Positions 43,864-52,924 of a stretch of 64,000 bases of DNA are shown here, piece by piece. The notes under the pieces were generated by a model, which did not search any database, was not told where the DNA came from, and saw nothing but the letters and a program-made list of their open reading frames with translations. Source of the DNA: an uncultured Gemmatimonadales bacterium (lineage in GTDB: Bacteria; Gemmatimonadota; Gemmatimonadetes; Gemmatimonadales; GWC2-71-9); the NCBI GenBank assembly GCA_963704805.1, contig CAVPHS010000002.1, positions 260,709-324,708 on the forward strand. The letters are read 5' to 3'. The position numbers and the translations under genes were made by a program. Position 1 is the first letter of the stretch. Each line of letters starts with the position of its first letter.

Positions 43864-44304
43864 CTACGCGCGAGGTCGGGCCCCCGGGCCGCGCACCGCA
43901 GCCTCGTATGCCTCGCGCATGAACTGCACGATCCGTGCGTCAATATCGGAGGGGTTCGTGAGCCGGAAGTGCACGCCGTATCCGAGGCGCCCGTAATCCT
44001 CGATGCGGTGCACACGTGGATGCTTCACTCGGCGTCGTAACCATAGGCCCGCATCCAGCCACTGCGCCCGCACCACCGCTCCTGCAAACCGAACCCGGGA
44101 CTGAATCACGATCCGCGTCTTTTGCGCATACACCGTCACGGGACCGCACGCGCGGGCAATTGCGACCCAGCGCCGAAATGTCGCGCGCAGCACCGGCGGC
44201 TTCCCCGTGAAATGGCGCGCCAGCGGGAAGCGCCCGCACGAATGCCAGAGGTTCCGAGTCACGAACCGATGACCGCACTTGGGGCAACGCCAGAGGGGGG
44301 GCAT
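43864..44304 (-). CDS. Small conserved protein with an N-terminal CxxC...HxC motif (DUF5655-like, tentative)
   Basis: The ORF track 5' extension to 44904 overlaps the GH53 gene. ATG at 44304 gives 146 aa starting MPPLWRCPKCGHRFVTRNLWHSCG. Confidence 0.55.
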   Translation of the reverse strand: MPPLWRCPKCGHRFVTRNLWHSCGRFPLARHFTGKPPVLRATFRRWVAIARACGPVTVYAQKTRIVIQSRVRFAGAVVRAQWLDAGLWLRRRVKHPRVHRIEDYGRLGYGVHFRLTNPSDIDARIVQFMREAYEAAVRGPGARPRA

Positions 44305-44312
44305 TGATCGGC

Positions 44313-45413
44313 TCACGGAGAGAACGCAGCGGCAGTCGGCAGGATGGTCCCCGTGGAGTCGAACAACGCCAGCGAGCCACCGCCGAAGACGAACAGGCCC
44401 GGCACGGCAATCGCCTCGGGGTACCACCACAGAACACCGGCACCGTGATCGCCGCTCGTGCGCCTGACGAGGGCAACGAGATCGCCGAGGAAATGCGCCT
44501 GCCCCGCCGGCGAGGCGGCCCAGGCCATAGCGGCGGTATCGCCCACCATGGACTCCCACCCGCCGGCACGCCACGGATAAGAGGTTTCGACGACGACGAT
44601 GTCCTTGTCGTAGCGCCGCGCCGTAGCGTCCAGGTTCAAGGCCAGGCGGCTCAACGAGCCGTGCCACCACGGGTAGTAGCTCAGTCCGATAAGGTCGAAC
44701 GGGACGGCCGATGCCTCGATGTGATCGAAGAACCACAGTGTGCCGGCTGCGCTGCCGCCCAATGAGTAATGCAGCATGATCCGGACGGAGTCGGTGGCGT
44801 CGAGTGAGTCGCGCACGCCGCGGATCCCCGCTTTCAGGAGCCGCGTGAATTGATCCCATTGTGTCGGCGTGTCGTACGATCCGCCCACGCGACCGAGCGG
44901 CCACAGCACACCAGCGTCGATTTCATTGCCGATCTGCACGATATCGGGAAGCGCCCCGGCATGCTTCAACTGCGCCACGGCGTCGGCGGTGTAGGTCTCG
45001 ACGCGCTGTTCCAGAGAATCGAACGGAAGTCCGGCCCAGGCGGCGGGGATCGTCTGGTGGCCGGGATCGGCCCAGGTGTCGGAGTAATGGATATCCAGCA
45101 GCAGCCTGGCGCCGCTCGCCTTGACGCGCGCCGCCAAGACAAGCGTGTAGGGCAAATCGTTGACCTGGACGTCGGAATCGTTGGGAGTCACGAACAGCCG
45201 CAGCCGGAACGTGTTCGCGCCGTGCGACCGGAGAATCGCAATCGCATCCCGTGCCTGACCGCCGTCGCGGAATACACCGCCAGCGTCTTCGATTCGCGCC
45301 AGGGCCGAGATGTCGCCACCCAGGAACATCGAGGCAACCGGCCGTGCCGCCGGCTCCGAGGGCGCTCCGCACCCGCAGGCCACCGTCAGGACGAGCGGTA
45401 GCCACGGACGCAT
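44313..45413 (-). CDS. GH53 arabinogalactan endo-beta-1,4-galactanase (lipoprotein)
   Basis: The start at 45413 (MRPWLPLVLTVACGC) shares its A with the upstream stop. Motifs: GGDISALARIEDAGGVF, VQIGNEIDAG and VVVETSYPW. Confidence 0.8.
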   Translation of the reverse strand: MRPWLPLVLTVACGCGAPSEPAARPVASMFLGGDISALARIEDAGGVFRDGGQARDAIAILRSHGANTFRLRLFVTPNDSDVQVNDLPYTLVLAARVKASGARLLLDIHYSDTWADPGHQTIPAAWAGLPFDSLEQRVETYTADAVAQLKHAGALPDIVQIGNEIDAGVLWPLGRVGGSYDTPTQWDQFTRLLKAGIRGVRDSLDATDSVRIMLHYSLGGSAAGTLWFFDHIEASAVPFDLIGLSYYPWWHGSLSRLALNLDATARRYDKDIVVVETSYPWRAGGWESMVGDTAAMAWAASPAGQAHFLGDLVALVRRTSGDHGAGVLWWYPEAIAVPGLFVFGGGSLALFDSTGTILPTAAAFSP

Positions 45414-46330
45414 CACAGGCCGAGAGCCTCGAGCCACGCGTTGCGCAGCGCCTCGAGTGACGTCCCCGCAGCGGCCTCGAGGTCCGTCACCCATGTGCCC
45501 CCGGGAATGTGGGGGAACGCCGCCACCACCGCGCGCACGCCGACGCGGTCGACGACGTACTTCGTGAACGACTGACTGCAGGCGTAGAACACTGGGGCGA
45601 CCTCGGCGCGCTCGGTCGTGAAGAGCGCTCCGAGACGCCCCGGGCGACCGACTCTCTCCAGGATCTCAGCACGTCGCGGACTCTGCGCGAGTCGCGCGGC
45701 GCATGTGCTGTCGACCTTGGCAAGCCCGCCGATCGCGAACACGTCCCCCTCGTGGAATCCTGTGGCGCTCGCCGTCGCCTGTGCGAGGTAGTCCGGGAAG
45801 CCTTCGTTGAGCCACTGGGGGAACCGCCCCGCGGCGTGTTCCCCTGCGATGCTGTCTGCATACTCGAAGGGCGAGAACGGCGCGGGCGGCGCGAGCAGCT
45901 CGTGGGCGGCTTCGTGGAGATACGGCGCGCCGCCCGAGCGCACGCGCGTGAGCGAAATGAACACGGCGCCCGCGCCGCTCGCGTGGGAGACGAAGCGGCC
46001 AGGACTCAGATAGAACGTGATCGGACGCTGACCGATGCGCTGCCACGCGTGCGCCCCGCCCATGAGCCCGCGCAATGCGGCGAGGCTCGTCGCGAGTGAG
46101 TCCACGAACGAGGCAAGCCAGCGGGCATCGAGGGAGTCGGGCGGCGCCCAGACGATCAATTGAGCGCCGGTATAGGCGCGACCGTGCGCTGTCAGAAATG
46201 CAACGCGCGCGGAATCGTCGCTGTCCCAATCAAGCGGCGCGGCTGTCGCTGGGGGAGGAGGCGTTTGCGCGCGGAGCGCCGGCGCGGCGAGGGCGAGGAG
46301 GCAGGCAAGGAGCCACACCGTACGAGTCAC
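45413..46330 (-). CDS. Secreted hypothetical protein with an HExxH motif
   Basis: ORF 45413..46399. GTG at 46330 gives a signal-like VTRTVWLLACLLALAAPALRAQ. APYLHEAAHELL is the only recognisable motif. Confidence 0.5.
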   Translation of the reverse strand: MTRTVWLLACLLALAAPALRAQTPPPPATAAPLDWDSDDSARVAFLTAHGRAYTGAQLIVWAPPDSLDARWLASFVDSLATSLAALRGLMGGAHAWQRIGQRPITFYLSPGRFVSHASGAGAVFISLTRVRSGGAPYLHEAAHELLAPPAPFSPFEYADSIAGEHAAGRFPQWLNEGFPDYLAQATASATGFHEGDVFAIGGLAKVDSTCAARLAQSPRRAEILERVGRPGRLGALFTTERAEVAPVFYACSQSFTKYVVDRVGVRAVVAAFPHIPGGTWVTDLEAAAGTSLEALRNAWLEALGL

Positions 46331-46434
46331 AAACGCAATTCTATCACAGACGACGGGCACCGTCAGCTTCAGGCCCAGGGCGCAGGTGCTCCCGGTCACA
46401 TCCCGGCTACCCTTCGCGAACCATCCTCCCTGTC

Positions 46435-47382
46435 ATGCGAGGCTTGCTCGTCGTCCTCGTGGCCCTCGGGGCTTGCACTGCCGGAGCGACCGACCCTGTA
46501 AATCTCGAGGGGTTGGGTCCCGGCGCGAGCCTGGGCGGCCGGCGCCTTTTCCCCGACAACAACCCGTGGAACACGCCGGTGGATCAGGCGCCCGTGGATT
46601 CGAATTCGGACGCCCTGATCGCCAGCATCGGCCTCACCACCACGCTCCATCCGGACTTCGGCGCGAACTACGGCGGGGGGCCCTTCGGTATTCCCTACGT
46701 CGTCGTGGCGGGCAGTACACCGGGCGTCGGTGTCACCTTCGACTACGCCGACGAGAGCGACCCCGGGCCCTATCCGATACCCCGCGACGCGCCGATCGAG
46801 GGCGGGGCCGCGAGCAGCGGCGACCGTCACGTGCTCGTCGTGGATCGCGACCACTGGCTTCTGTACGAGTTGTTCGCCGCCTATCCCGTCCCGGGGTCCA
46901 GCGCCTGGACGGCGGGATCGGGTGCCGTGTTCGATCTCTCGTCGAACGCGCTGCGCCCCGCGGGCTGGACGTCGGCCGACGCGGCCGGCCTGCCGATCCT
47001 GCCGGGCCTGGTGCGCTACGACGAAGTGGTGGACCTGGGAGAGATCCGCCACGCGCTGCGGTTCACCGTCCGCTACTCCCGCCGGGCTTATGTGGATCCC
47101 GCCCGGCATTGGGCGAGCAACGACACGAGCGCGACGCGACCGCCCATGGGGATGCGCGTGCGGCTCAAGGGGAGTTACGACATCTCGGGTTTTCCGCCGA
47201 GCGCCCGCGTGATCCTGCAAGCGCTCAAGACCTACGGCATGTTGGTGGCGGACAACGGCGGCAATTGGTTCATCTCGGGCGCGCCCGATGCCCGCTGGAA
47301 TGACGCCGAGCTGAACACGCTCAAGACTGTGCCGGGCAGCGCCTTCGAAGTGGTCCGCATGACGGGCGTCGTAACGCAATAA
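46435..47382 (+). CDS. Lipoprotein of unknown function
   Basis: The ORF track starts at 46075, antisense to the neighbouring gene. ATG at 46435 gives MRGLLVVLVALGACTAG (lipobox). The remaining 300 aa are non-repetitive and I recognise no family. Confidence 0.6.
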   Translation: MRGLLVVLVALGACTAGATDPVNLEGLGPGASLGGRRLFPDNNPWNTPVDQAPVDSNSDALIASIGLTTTLHPDFGANYGGGPFGIPYVVVAGSTPGVGVTFDYADESDPGPYPIPRDAPIEGGAASSGDRHVLVVDRDHWLLYELFAAYPVPGSSAWTAGSGAVFDLSSNALRPAGWTSADAAGLPILPGLVRYDEVVDLGEIRHALRFTVRYSRRAYVDPARHWASNDTSATRPPMGMRVRLKGSYDISGFPPSARVILQALKTYGMLVADNGGNWFISGAPDARWNDAELNTLKTVPGSAFEVVRMTGVVTQ

Positions 47383-47502
47383 CTCCTGCACGTCGGGCCA
47401 TCGCCGCGCGTCGTCGGAACACGGATGTCTCGCACGCGAGACAGTCACCCGGGAGAACCGACCGCCGTTCGGCGCGGCACGTGTCATGCCCCACGCGGCG
47501 CC

Positions 47503-48054
47503 GTGCGCGCGTCTTTCCCGCTGCTGTGCCTGGGGCTGCTCGCCATGCCACGTCCGGCATCGTGCTCTCAGGGACGCCTCGCGCCGGGAGCACGTGTCAG
47601 GCTCGACGTCCCAAGCGCAGGCCGCCGATACACTGGCACATTTGTGGCGCTAGAGTCCGACACCTTGGTGATGGTGGAGGATGAGCAAGCGCCCGGACTG
47701 AGGCTCATCGTTCCTGCCGACTCGATCGCCTTGCTCGAAGTACGCGGCGAGCGATCGATGACCCTGGAAGGCGCTGGCCTGGGCCTCCTTGGTGGGACAT
47801 TCCTCGCCCTCGTTGCCACGCCCGATTGTGAAGACGAAAACGGAGAGTCCACGGTGCTGGCGTGTCTCGCCTACAAAGTGTCCCCCGACCTCGATACCCG
47901 CCTTAAGGTCTTCGGCCTGGTCGGAACTCTGGTAGGAGTCATCGCGGGCTCGGAGACCAAGACCCACACGTGGCTCCCCGTGCATCTGAATGGGCTGGAC
48001 ATTCACGCGGCGCCGGACGGCGGGATTGCGCTAGGGCTGAGGATTTCCTTCTAG
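47503..48054 (+). CDS. Hypothetical exported/membrane protein
   Basis: ORF 47425..48054. GTG at 47503 gives VRASFPLLCLGLLAM... I recognise no motifs. Coding status rests only on ORF length and the signal-like N-terminus. Confidence 0.4.
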   Translation: MRASFPLLCLGLLAMPRPASCSQGRLAPGARVRLDVPSAGRRYTGTFVALESDTLVMVEDEQAPGLRLIVPADSIALLEVRGERSMTLEGAGLGLLGGTFLALVATPDCEDENGESTVLACLAYKVSPDLDTRLKVFGLVGTLVGVIAGSETKTHTWLPVHLNGLDIHAAPDGGIALGLRISF

Positions 48055-48069
48055 CGAATCGAAGCTGCT

Positions 48070-50721
48070 TCAGCGAGCGATGATCTGGCGCACGTTCCAC
48101 CCGCTCACGATCACCTGCGGCGGCGCGCCGCCCAGGTCGCGCACTCGGTACGTGGCGGTGACAACGCGTGTCTCCCCCGGCAAGAGCGACAGGTAGTTGT
48201 CCTCCCAGAGCACCGGCAACGCCTCCTGGTCGCCGCGGCCGGTGACCTGCAGTCGCATGAAGAACGCGATGGACCGGCCGGGGTTGCTCAGCGTCACGCG
48301 TGCCTCGCCCGTGTTCGCGCGGCTGCTGAAGCGCGCGGTCGCGTTCACCGCGGCCGCGGGCATGTCCCTGAGCGACGTGAAATCCGCGTACGACTTTACT
48401 GGTGTCATGTACCACGTCGATGTATCCGCCAACACTTCGGGACGCGTCGAAAGCCAGTAGAAGTTGGTGCTGAGAGGGCGTCCGTCGGCGCTCGTCAGTC
48501 GGAGGTCGACGAAATACGCGGCTCCGCCCGGTACGCCCGTGGGCTCCGGAAGGACGAAGACACGCATACTGCTGTCGGGAGGCAGGTCGAGCACGGTGTC
48601 GCGCGCGAATCGCTCCGAGCCGTCGAGTCCGAGGATGCGGGCCCGCAGGTGCACGCCGCGCACCGCCGTGCGGGCCGCGCTGCTGTTCACCACGGCCACC
48701 GTGCGGTCGTCGTAGGAGAACAGCACGTGCACGGGCTCGTTGGCCTTCTTGGCTCCGAAGTAGCCGCCCGCCGGCAGCAGGTACCAGTCGAACAGGTGCC
48801 AGTAGATCGAGGGCCACGCGTTGTTGAACATCCACTGAATCACCCCGGTGGAAACGTATTGATTGCGCCGGTACGCCTCGAACATCGCCCGCTCACCTTC
48901 GTACGTCATAAGCTGTGAAGTGACGGTGTAATCCTCGATGCTCGTCGGCGCGCCGTAGCGCGTCGTCAGCGCGGTGTCGAACCGGTCGAGCAAGTGCGCG
49001 AACTGCCCGCCGGCCGCGTGAAAGAGCCATACACTGTCCGGCGGCCAGGTGAGGTCGCGCGCGGGAATCATGCGGCGCATGCTCTCGATCGGCGGTACCG
49101 CGGCGCCGGGGCTTGTCTCGGTGTTGTACGCCCATGCCCCGCCGTGCGTGCTGTCCTGCAGCCAGTACGACGGCGGCACCCAATCGTACGGCCCCGTCAT
49201 CTTGACGCCGCTCGCCCCGCTCACGTCGGTGGGCTTGGCGCTGGCCGAGGAGATCGTCGGGTTGGGCCAGGCCTCCTGCCGCTCGATATCGAGATACATC
49301 TTCTCGACGTCCGCCGGCGGCGGGTTGTCGCTGCCGTTCAGCCAGACGAGCGCGCTGGGACGGCCACGCAGCCGGCGGATCTGATCGCGCAGCGACGCCG
49401 CCGCGACGGCGTGCTGCTCCGGCCCCCACTTCGCCCACTGCTCCCAGGCGCTGCAGCATACCCATCCGGTCATCACGAGCACGCCCAAGCTGTCGGTCTG
49501 GTGCCAGAAGCGGTCGTCCTCGTAATTGCCTTCGAGCCGAATGGTGTTGAGGTGCAGGTCGAGCGCGTAGCGGAGCTGGGCGTCCTGCCGTTCCGGCTGC
49601 GGGCGGAAGAACATGTCGGGCGCCCAGCCGCCGCCGCGGATCAGGATGCGGCGGCCGTTCACGCGGAAGAGGAGCCCGCCCCCGCCGTGCGGCGTCGCTT
49701 CCGACGTGATCTCACGGATGCCGAAGCGCAGCGCCTGACGGTCCGACACCTGCGCGCCGATCAAGAATTCGAGTGTCAGGTCGTAGAGCGCGGGGCTAGT
49801 CCCGCCGAGCTCCGCGGGCCACCACAGCCGCGGGTTCGCGATGCGCAGCTGTGGGAAGCTGTCGGGCGTGAAGCGTACGAACGCGCTGTCGTGCGGCGCC
49901 AGGGTGACGAGCCGGCTGAAGACGATGTCTCCGATCCGGCCGCGCAGCGTCCCCGTGACCGCGCGCGCGGTGAGGTTGCGGAGATCCGTCACGACCGTCA
50001 GCTCCGCGCTCTTCAGGGTCGTCGTGTCGACGCGGCTCACGACTGCCGGATCGCGCACGACAACATCGTCGCTCGCGCTCAGATACACGGGCTGCCAGAG
50101 ACCCATGTTCTTGTCCGGTGGCGATGGGTTCCAGTCGACCCACGTCGTCTGCAGGTCCGGCGGAGTGGGCGCAAAGACCTGAACGGCCAAGACGTTCGGT
50201 CCGGACGACCGCACTGCAGCGGTGATGTCGAGCTCGTAGCGCCGATACGTGCCGGCCACGCTGGCGGAATCCTCTAGGCGGCGACCGTTCAGCCAGATGT
50301 TCGCGCGATAGTTGATCCCGTCGAAGTGCAGCGCGACGCGCCGGTTGCGCATCGCCGCAGGCAGCTGGAAGGTCGTGCGATACCACCAGGGCACGGCGAA
50401 GGGGCTCTGCGGCTCCATCGGCCGGCGCACGAAGTTCACGCCGATCGGGTAGGTCATTCCGGGCAGCGCGCGCAGGTTCATGCCGAAGAACGGATCGGCG
50501 TAGACGCCGTCGTCGACGAGCGTGCCCACCACGGTCGACGGCACGCTCGCGCGATACCAGCCGGTCGGATCATAGGTGGGCGACGAGATCCTCGCGCCGT
50601 CCACACCCGCACTCGCCGACGACGCGAGGAGCCAGCCGGCGTGCAGGACCTGCCGGTCCTGCGCCCGGGCGTCGGCGGCGGCCACGAGAAGGAGAAAGAG
50701 GAGCGCCGAGATCCGCGTCAC
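48070..50721 (-). CDS. GH2-family glycoside hydrolase (beta-mannosidase / exo-beta-glucosaminidase-like)
   Basis: 883-aa ORF with a signal peptide. The GH2 layout includes WYRTTF, FDGINYRANIWLNG and NTIRLEGNYEDDRFWHQTDSLGVLVMTGW. Confidence 0.85.
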   Translation of the reverse strand: MTRISALLFLLLVAAADARAQDRQVLHAGWLLASSASAGVDGARISSPTYDPTGWYRASVPSTVVGTLVDDGVYADPFFGMNLRALPGMTYPIGVNFVRRPMEPQSPFAVPWWYRTTFQLPAAMRNRRVALHFDGINYRANIWLNGRRLEDSASVAGTYRRYELDITAAVRSSGPNVLAVQVFAPTPPDLQTTWVDWNPSPPDKNMGLWQPVYLSASDDVVVRDPAVVSRVDTTTLKSAELTVVTDLRNLTARAVTGTLRGRIGDIVFSRLVTLAPHDSAFVRFTPDSFPQLRIANPRLWWPAELGGTSPALYDLTLEFLIGAQVSDRQALRFGIREITSEATPHGGGGLLFRVNGRRILIRGGGWAPDMFFRPQPERQDAQLRYALDLHLNTIRLEGNYEDDRFWHQTDSLGVLVMTGWVCCSAWEQWAKWGPEQHAVAAASLRDQIRRLRGRPSALVWLNGSDNPPPADVEKMYLDIERQEAWPNPTISSASAKPTDVSGASGVKMTGPYDWVPPSYWLQDSTHGGAWAYNTETSPGAAVPPIESMRRMIPARDLTWPPDSVWLFHAAGGQFAHLLDRFDTALTTRYGAPTSIEDYTVTSQLMTYEGERAMFEAYRRNQYVSTGVIQWMFNNAWPSIYWHLFDWYLLPAGGYFGAKKANEPVHVLFSYDDRTVAVVNSSAARTAVRGVHLRARILGLDGSERFARDTVLDLPPDSSMRVFVLPEPTGVPGGAAYFVDLRLTSADGRPLSTNFYWLSTRPEVLADTSTWYMTPVKSYADFTSLRDMPAAAVNATARFSSRANTGEARVTLSNPGRSIAFFMRLQVTGRGDQEALPVLWEDNYLSLLPGETRVVTATYRVRDLGGAPPQVIVSGWNVRQIIAR

Positions 50722-52805
50722 GAAGTCACCCGGCCTCGCAACACGGTGATGGAGGCTGGCGGGAGGGTGAACGTAGACGGTGGCACCGGCAGAAGAGTCG
50801 CGACCGGCGGATGGTCAGGATCGGGATGACTGTTCGGTCCATCGTTAATCCACACATACTGTTCGCTGCCGAAGGTAACGAACGTAACCGGCCCGGAGAA
50901 GGACGCACTCCGTTTGGTCTTCGCGTCATCAAACACGACCCGTACGCTGTGCGTGTTGGTTGAATCGCGATTGACCAGCATCAGAGACCAGTTTCCGTCG
51001 GGACGATGCACCGCATACGACGTCACCAGGCGATTGCCGCCCGAGTCATTGATATCGGTGGAGCTGGGGAACATTTGATGGAGGCCGGCGCGGTGCTGCA
51101 CCCACTCCAGGTTGATCATGTGAGCGGCCCAGTAGGTCGACGTATATCCCTTGATCTCGTAGGTCTCGTCGGAAACGAAGTTCGACCACGTGGCCCAGCC
51201 CAGACAGGTGTTCCGCACACCCTGCGGCTGAATCGGCGAGTGATAGAAAGCGGCGCCTCCGCCTTCCAAGAACGAGCCGATGTTATCAGCCAGCCACAGG
51301 CCCCCGAAGATCGTGGTCATCGGTCCGGTCAAGCTCCATGAAACATGACTCTCGGTCACGATCAGCGGGACATTTTTCGGCACGCCGTCATCGCGCCACA
51401 CCTGCAGGATGTGCTTCATCAACCGCGGCTCACTGTAGAGACTCTTCCAGGTGATGTCGCAGGGCTCGAACGGATAGTGTTCGAAGGAGACGAAGGCGAG
51501 GTCGGACAGCCGGCCGCGAGCCTTGAGGTAGTCGACAAAGCGGCCCATCCACGACGTGCGGCCCTGCGCGTCGGGCCACACGCGGATGTCTTCGTTGACG
51601 CCCTCGAAGATCGGCCCGCCCAGCTTGAGCTTCGGGTCGATCTTGTGCAAGGCCCTAGCCCACTGCAGGTAGAGCGCGGCGTAGTCTTCCGGCATGGCGT
51701 GCTTGCCATCGGGCTCTTCTCCCAACTCGACGTACCCGATGGCATAGCCGCGCTTCTCGATATAGGCGATCTGCGCCGCGGCGTCGTCGGGCGTCCCGTA
51801 GAGCATGGCGACCGGAATCATGGCCGGCAGGTTGTTGGTCAGTCCGCTGGTGAAGAACAAGTCGAAGCCGGTGTGCTGGTAGCCGCCACCGTCGTTGACA
51901 TCCTCGGCGGCATGCCAGGGATCGATGGACGAGACAGCATACGTGGTGGCCCGCTCGTCGGGAGTCTTGGTCACTTCGAGGAAAGCGCCGCTCGTATCGA
52001 GCGTGCCCGCGGCAATGTGCTGCATGGCGTACCCCACACAATTCCGCACGTCGCCTGGCCCATGGTCATCGCAGGTGTTGGAAGACTCCGTCATCAGAAT
52101 CCGCAGGTACCGGGTGGGGACTGGACGGTCCGTCACCTGCACCGTGACGGTTCCACCCTGCGCGTTCTTCAGTGCACCTTTGGGAAAGACCTTCCATTCC
52201 CCTTTGGGTCCTCCATCGAAGTCGAGTGCATTCGTGCCCACCCAATACTCCACCTGGTAGGTCGTCGCATACGGGCTCGCCCAGGCGATGCGCACCGCGC
52301 CCACGGGCTTCTCCCCCTTCAAGTCAACGATCACCCACTGCGGTAGCAGAGCATCCCTTTCGCCTGTGAACGCTTTTGTCAGATATGGATTGCTTTTCCA
52401 ATAGGTCAGGTTCGGACCCTGGATCGGCCGATCGCCGCTGGTCGCAAAGCCGCGGTGCGGTAGCGCATAGGCGAGGATGTAGCGAATGGGTTCCTTGAGG
52501 TCGGTGCTGCCGGTGAAGTATCCGCTGTGATGGGCGGGATCGCTCCAGGTGCCGTTCTCCGTCCAATGCCAGGCAGCCATCCGGAGCTCAGTGTTGATGC
52601 GGTAGGTGATCGGTCCCCAGCCGGCTGAGAGCGCCTCCTGGATGATATGCGGCGTGTACACCTTGTTGATGTCCGCGCGCGAGAGGACATCAATCGAACT
52701 GCCGAGCGCGTTGTCGGGATCGAACGCGTTGATGGCATGGCCCGGTGTCGCATCGACGCGAACGGTTTGGGTCAAAAAGAACAATGCGAGCAAGCCTTCA
52801 TTCAT
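50718..52805 (-). CDS. Discoidin-domain protein with a clan GH-A-like (beta/alpha)8 region
   Basis: 695-aa ORF. The discoidin-like part reads PQWVIVDLKGEKPVGAVRIAW...YQVEYW...RYLRILM. YVELGEEPDG resembles the clan-A (G)NEP acid/base motif with N replaced by E. Confidence 0.65.
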   Translation of the reverse strand: MNEGLLALFFLTQTVRVDATPGHAINAFDPDNALGSSIDVLSRADINKVYTPHIIQEALSAGWGPITYRINTELRMAAWHWTENGTWSDPAHHSGYFTGSTDLKEPIRYILAYALPHRGFATSGDRPIQGPNLTYWKSNPYLTKAFTGERDALLPQWVIVDLKGEKPVGAVRIAWASPYATTYQVEYWVGTNALDFDGGPKGEWKVFPKGALKNAQGGTVTVQVTDRPVPTRYLRILMTESSNTCDDHGPGDVRNCVGYAMQHIAAGTLDTSGAFLEVTKTPDERATTYAVSSIDPWHAAEDVNDGGGYQHTGFDLFFTSGLTNNLPAMIPVAMLYGTPDDAAAQIAYIEKRGYAIGYVELGEEPDGKHAMPEDYAALYLQWARALHKIDPKLKLGGPIFEGVNEDIRVWPDAQGRTSWMGRFVDYLKARGRLSDLAFVSFEHYPFEPCDITWKSLYSEPRLMKHILQVWRDDGVPKNVPLIVTESHVSWSLTGPMTTIFGGLWLADNIGSFLEGGGAAFYHSPIQPQGVRNTCLGWATWSNFVSDETYEIKGYTSTYWAAHMINLEWVQHRAGLHQMFPSSTDINDSGGNRLVTSYAVHRPDGNWSLMLVNRDSTNTHSVRVVFDDAKTKRSASFSGPVTFVTFGSEQYVWINDGPNSHPDPDHPPVATLLPVPPSTFTLPPASITVLRGRVTS

Positions 52806-52837
52806 TGAACACCTCGCTCATTGAACACCTCGCTCAT
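52806..52837. repeat. Perfect 16-bp tandem duplication abutting the start codon of gene 50718..52805
   Basis: tgaacacctcgctcat occurs twice (52806..52821 and 52822..52837). On the coding strand each unit is ATGAGCGAGGTGTTCA, followed by the gene's own ATG. Confidence 0.9.
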
Positions 52838-52924
52838 GTGCCCCTGGGCTGCCGTCCCGTCCCCCAAGCGTGGCGTCCTGCCGCTTGTCGGCCACTCCCT
52901 TAGCCTGCAACTTAGCCGGCTTCT

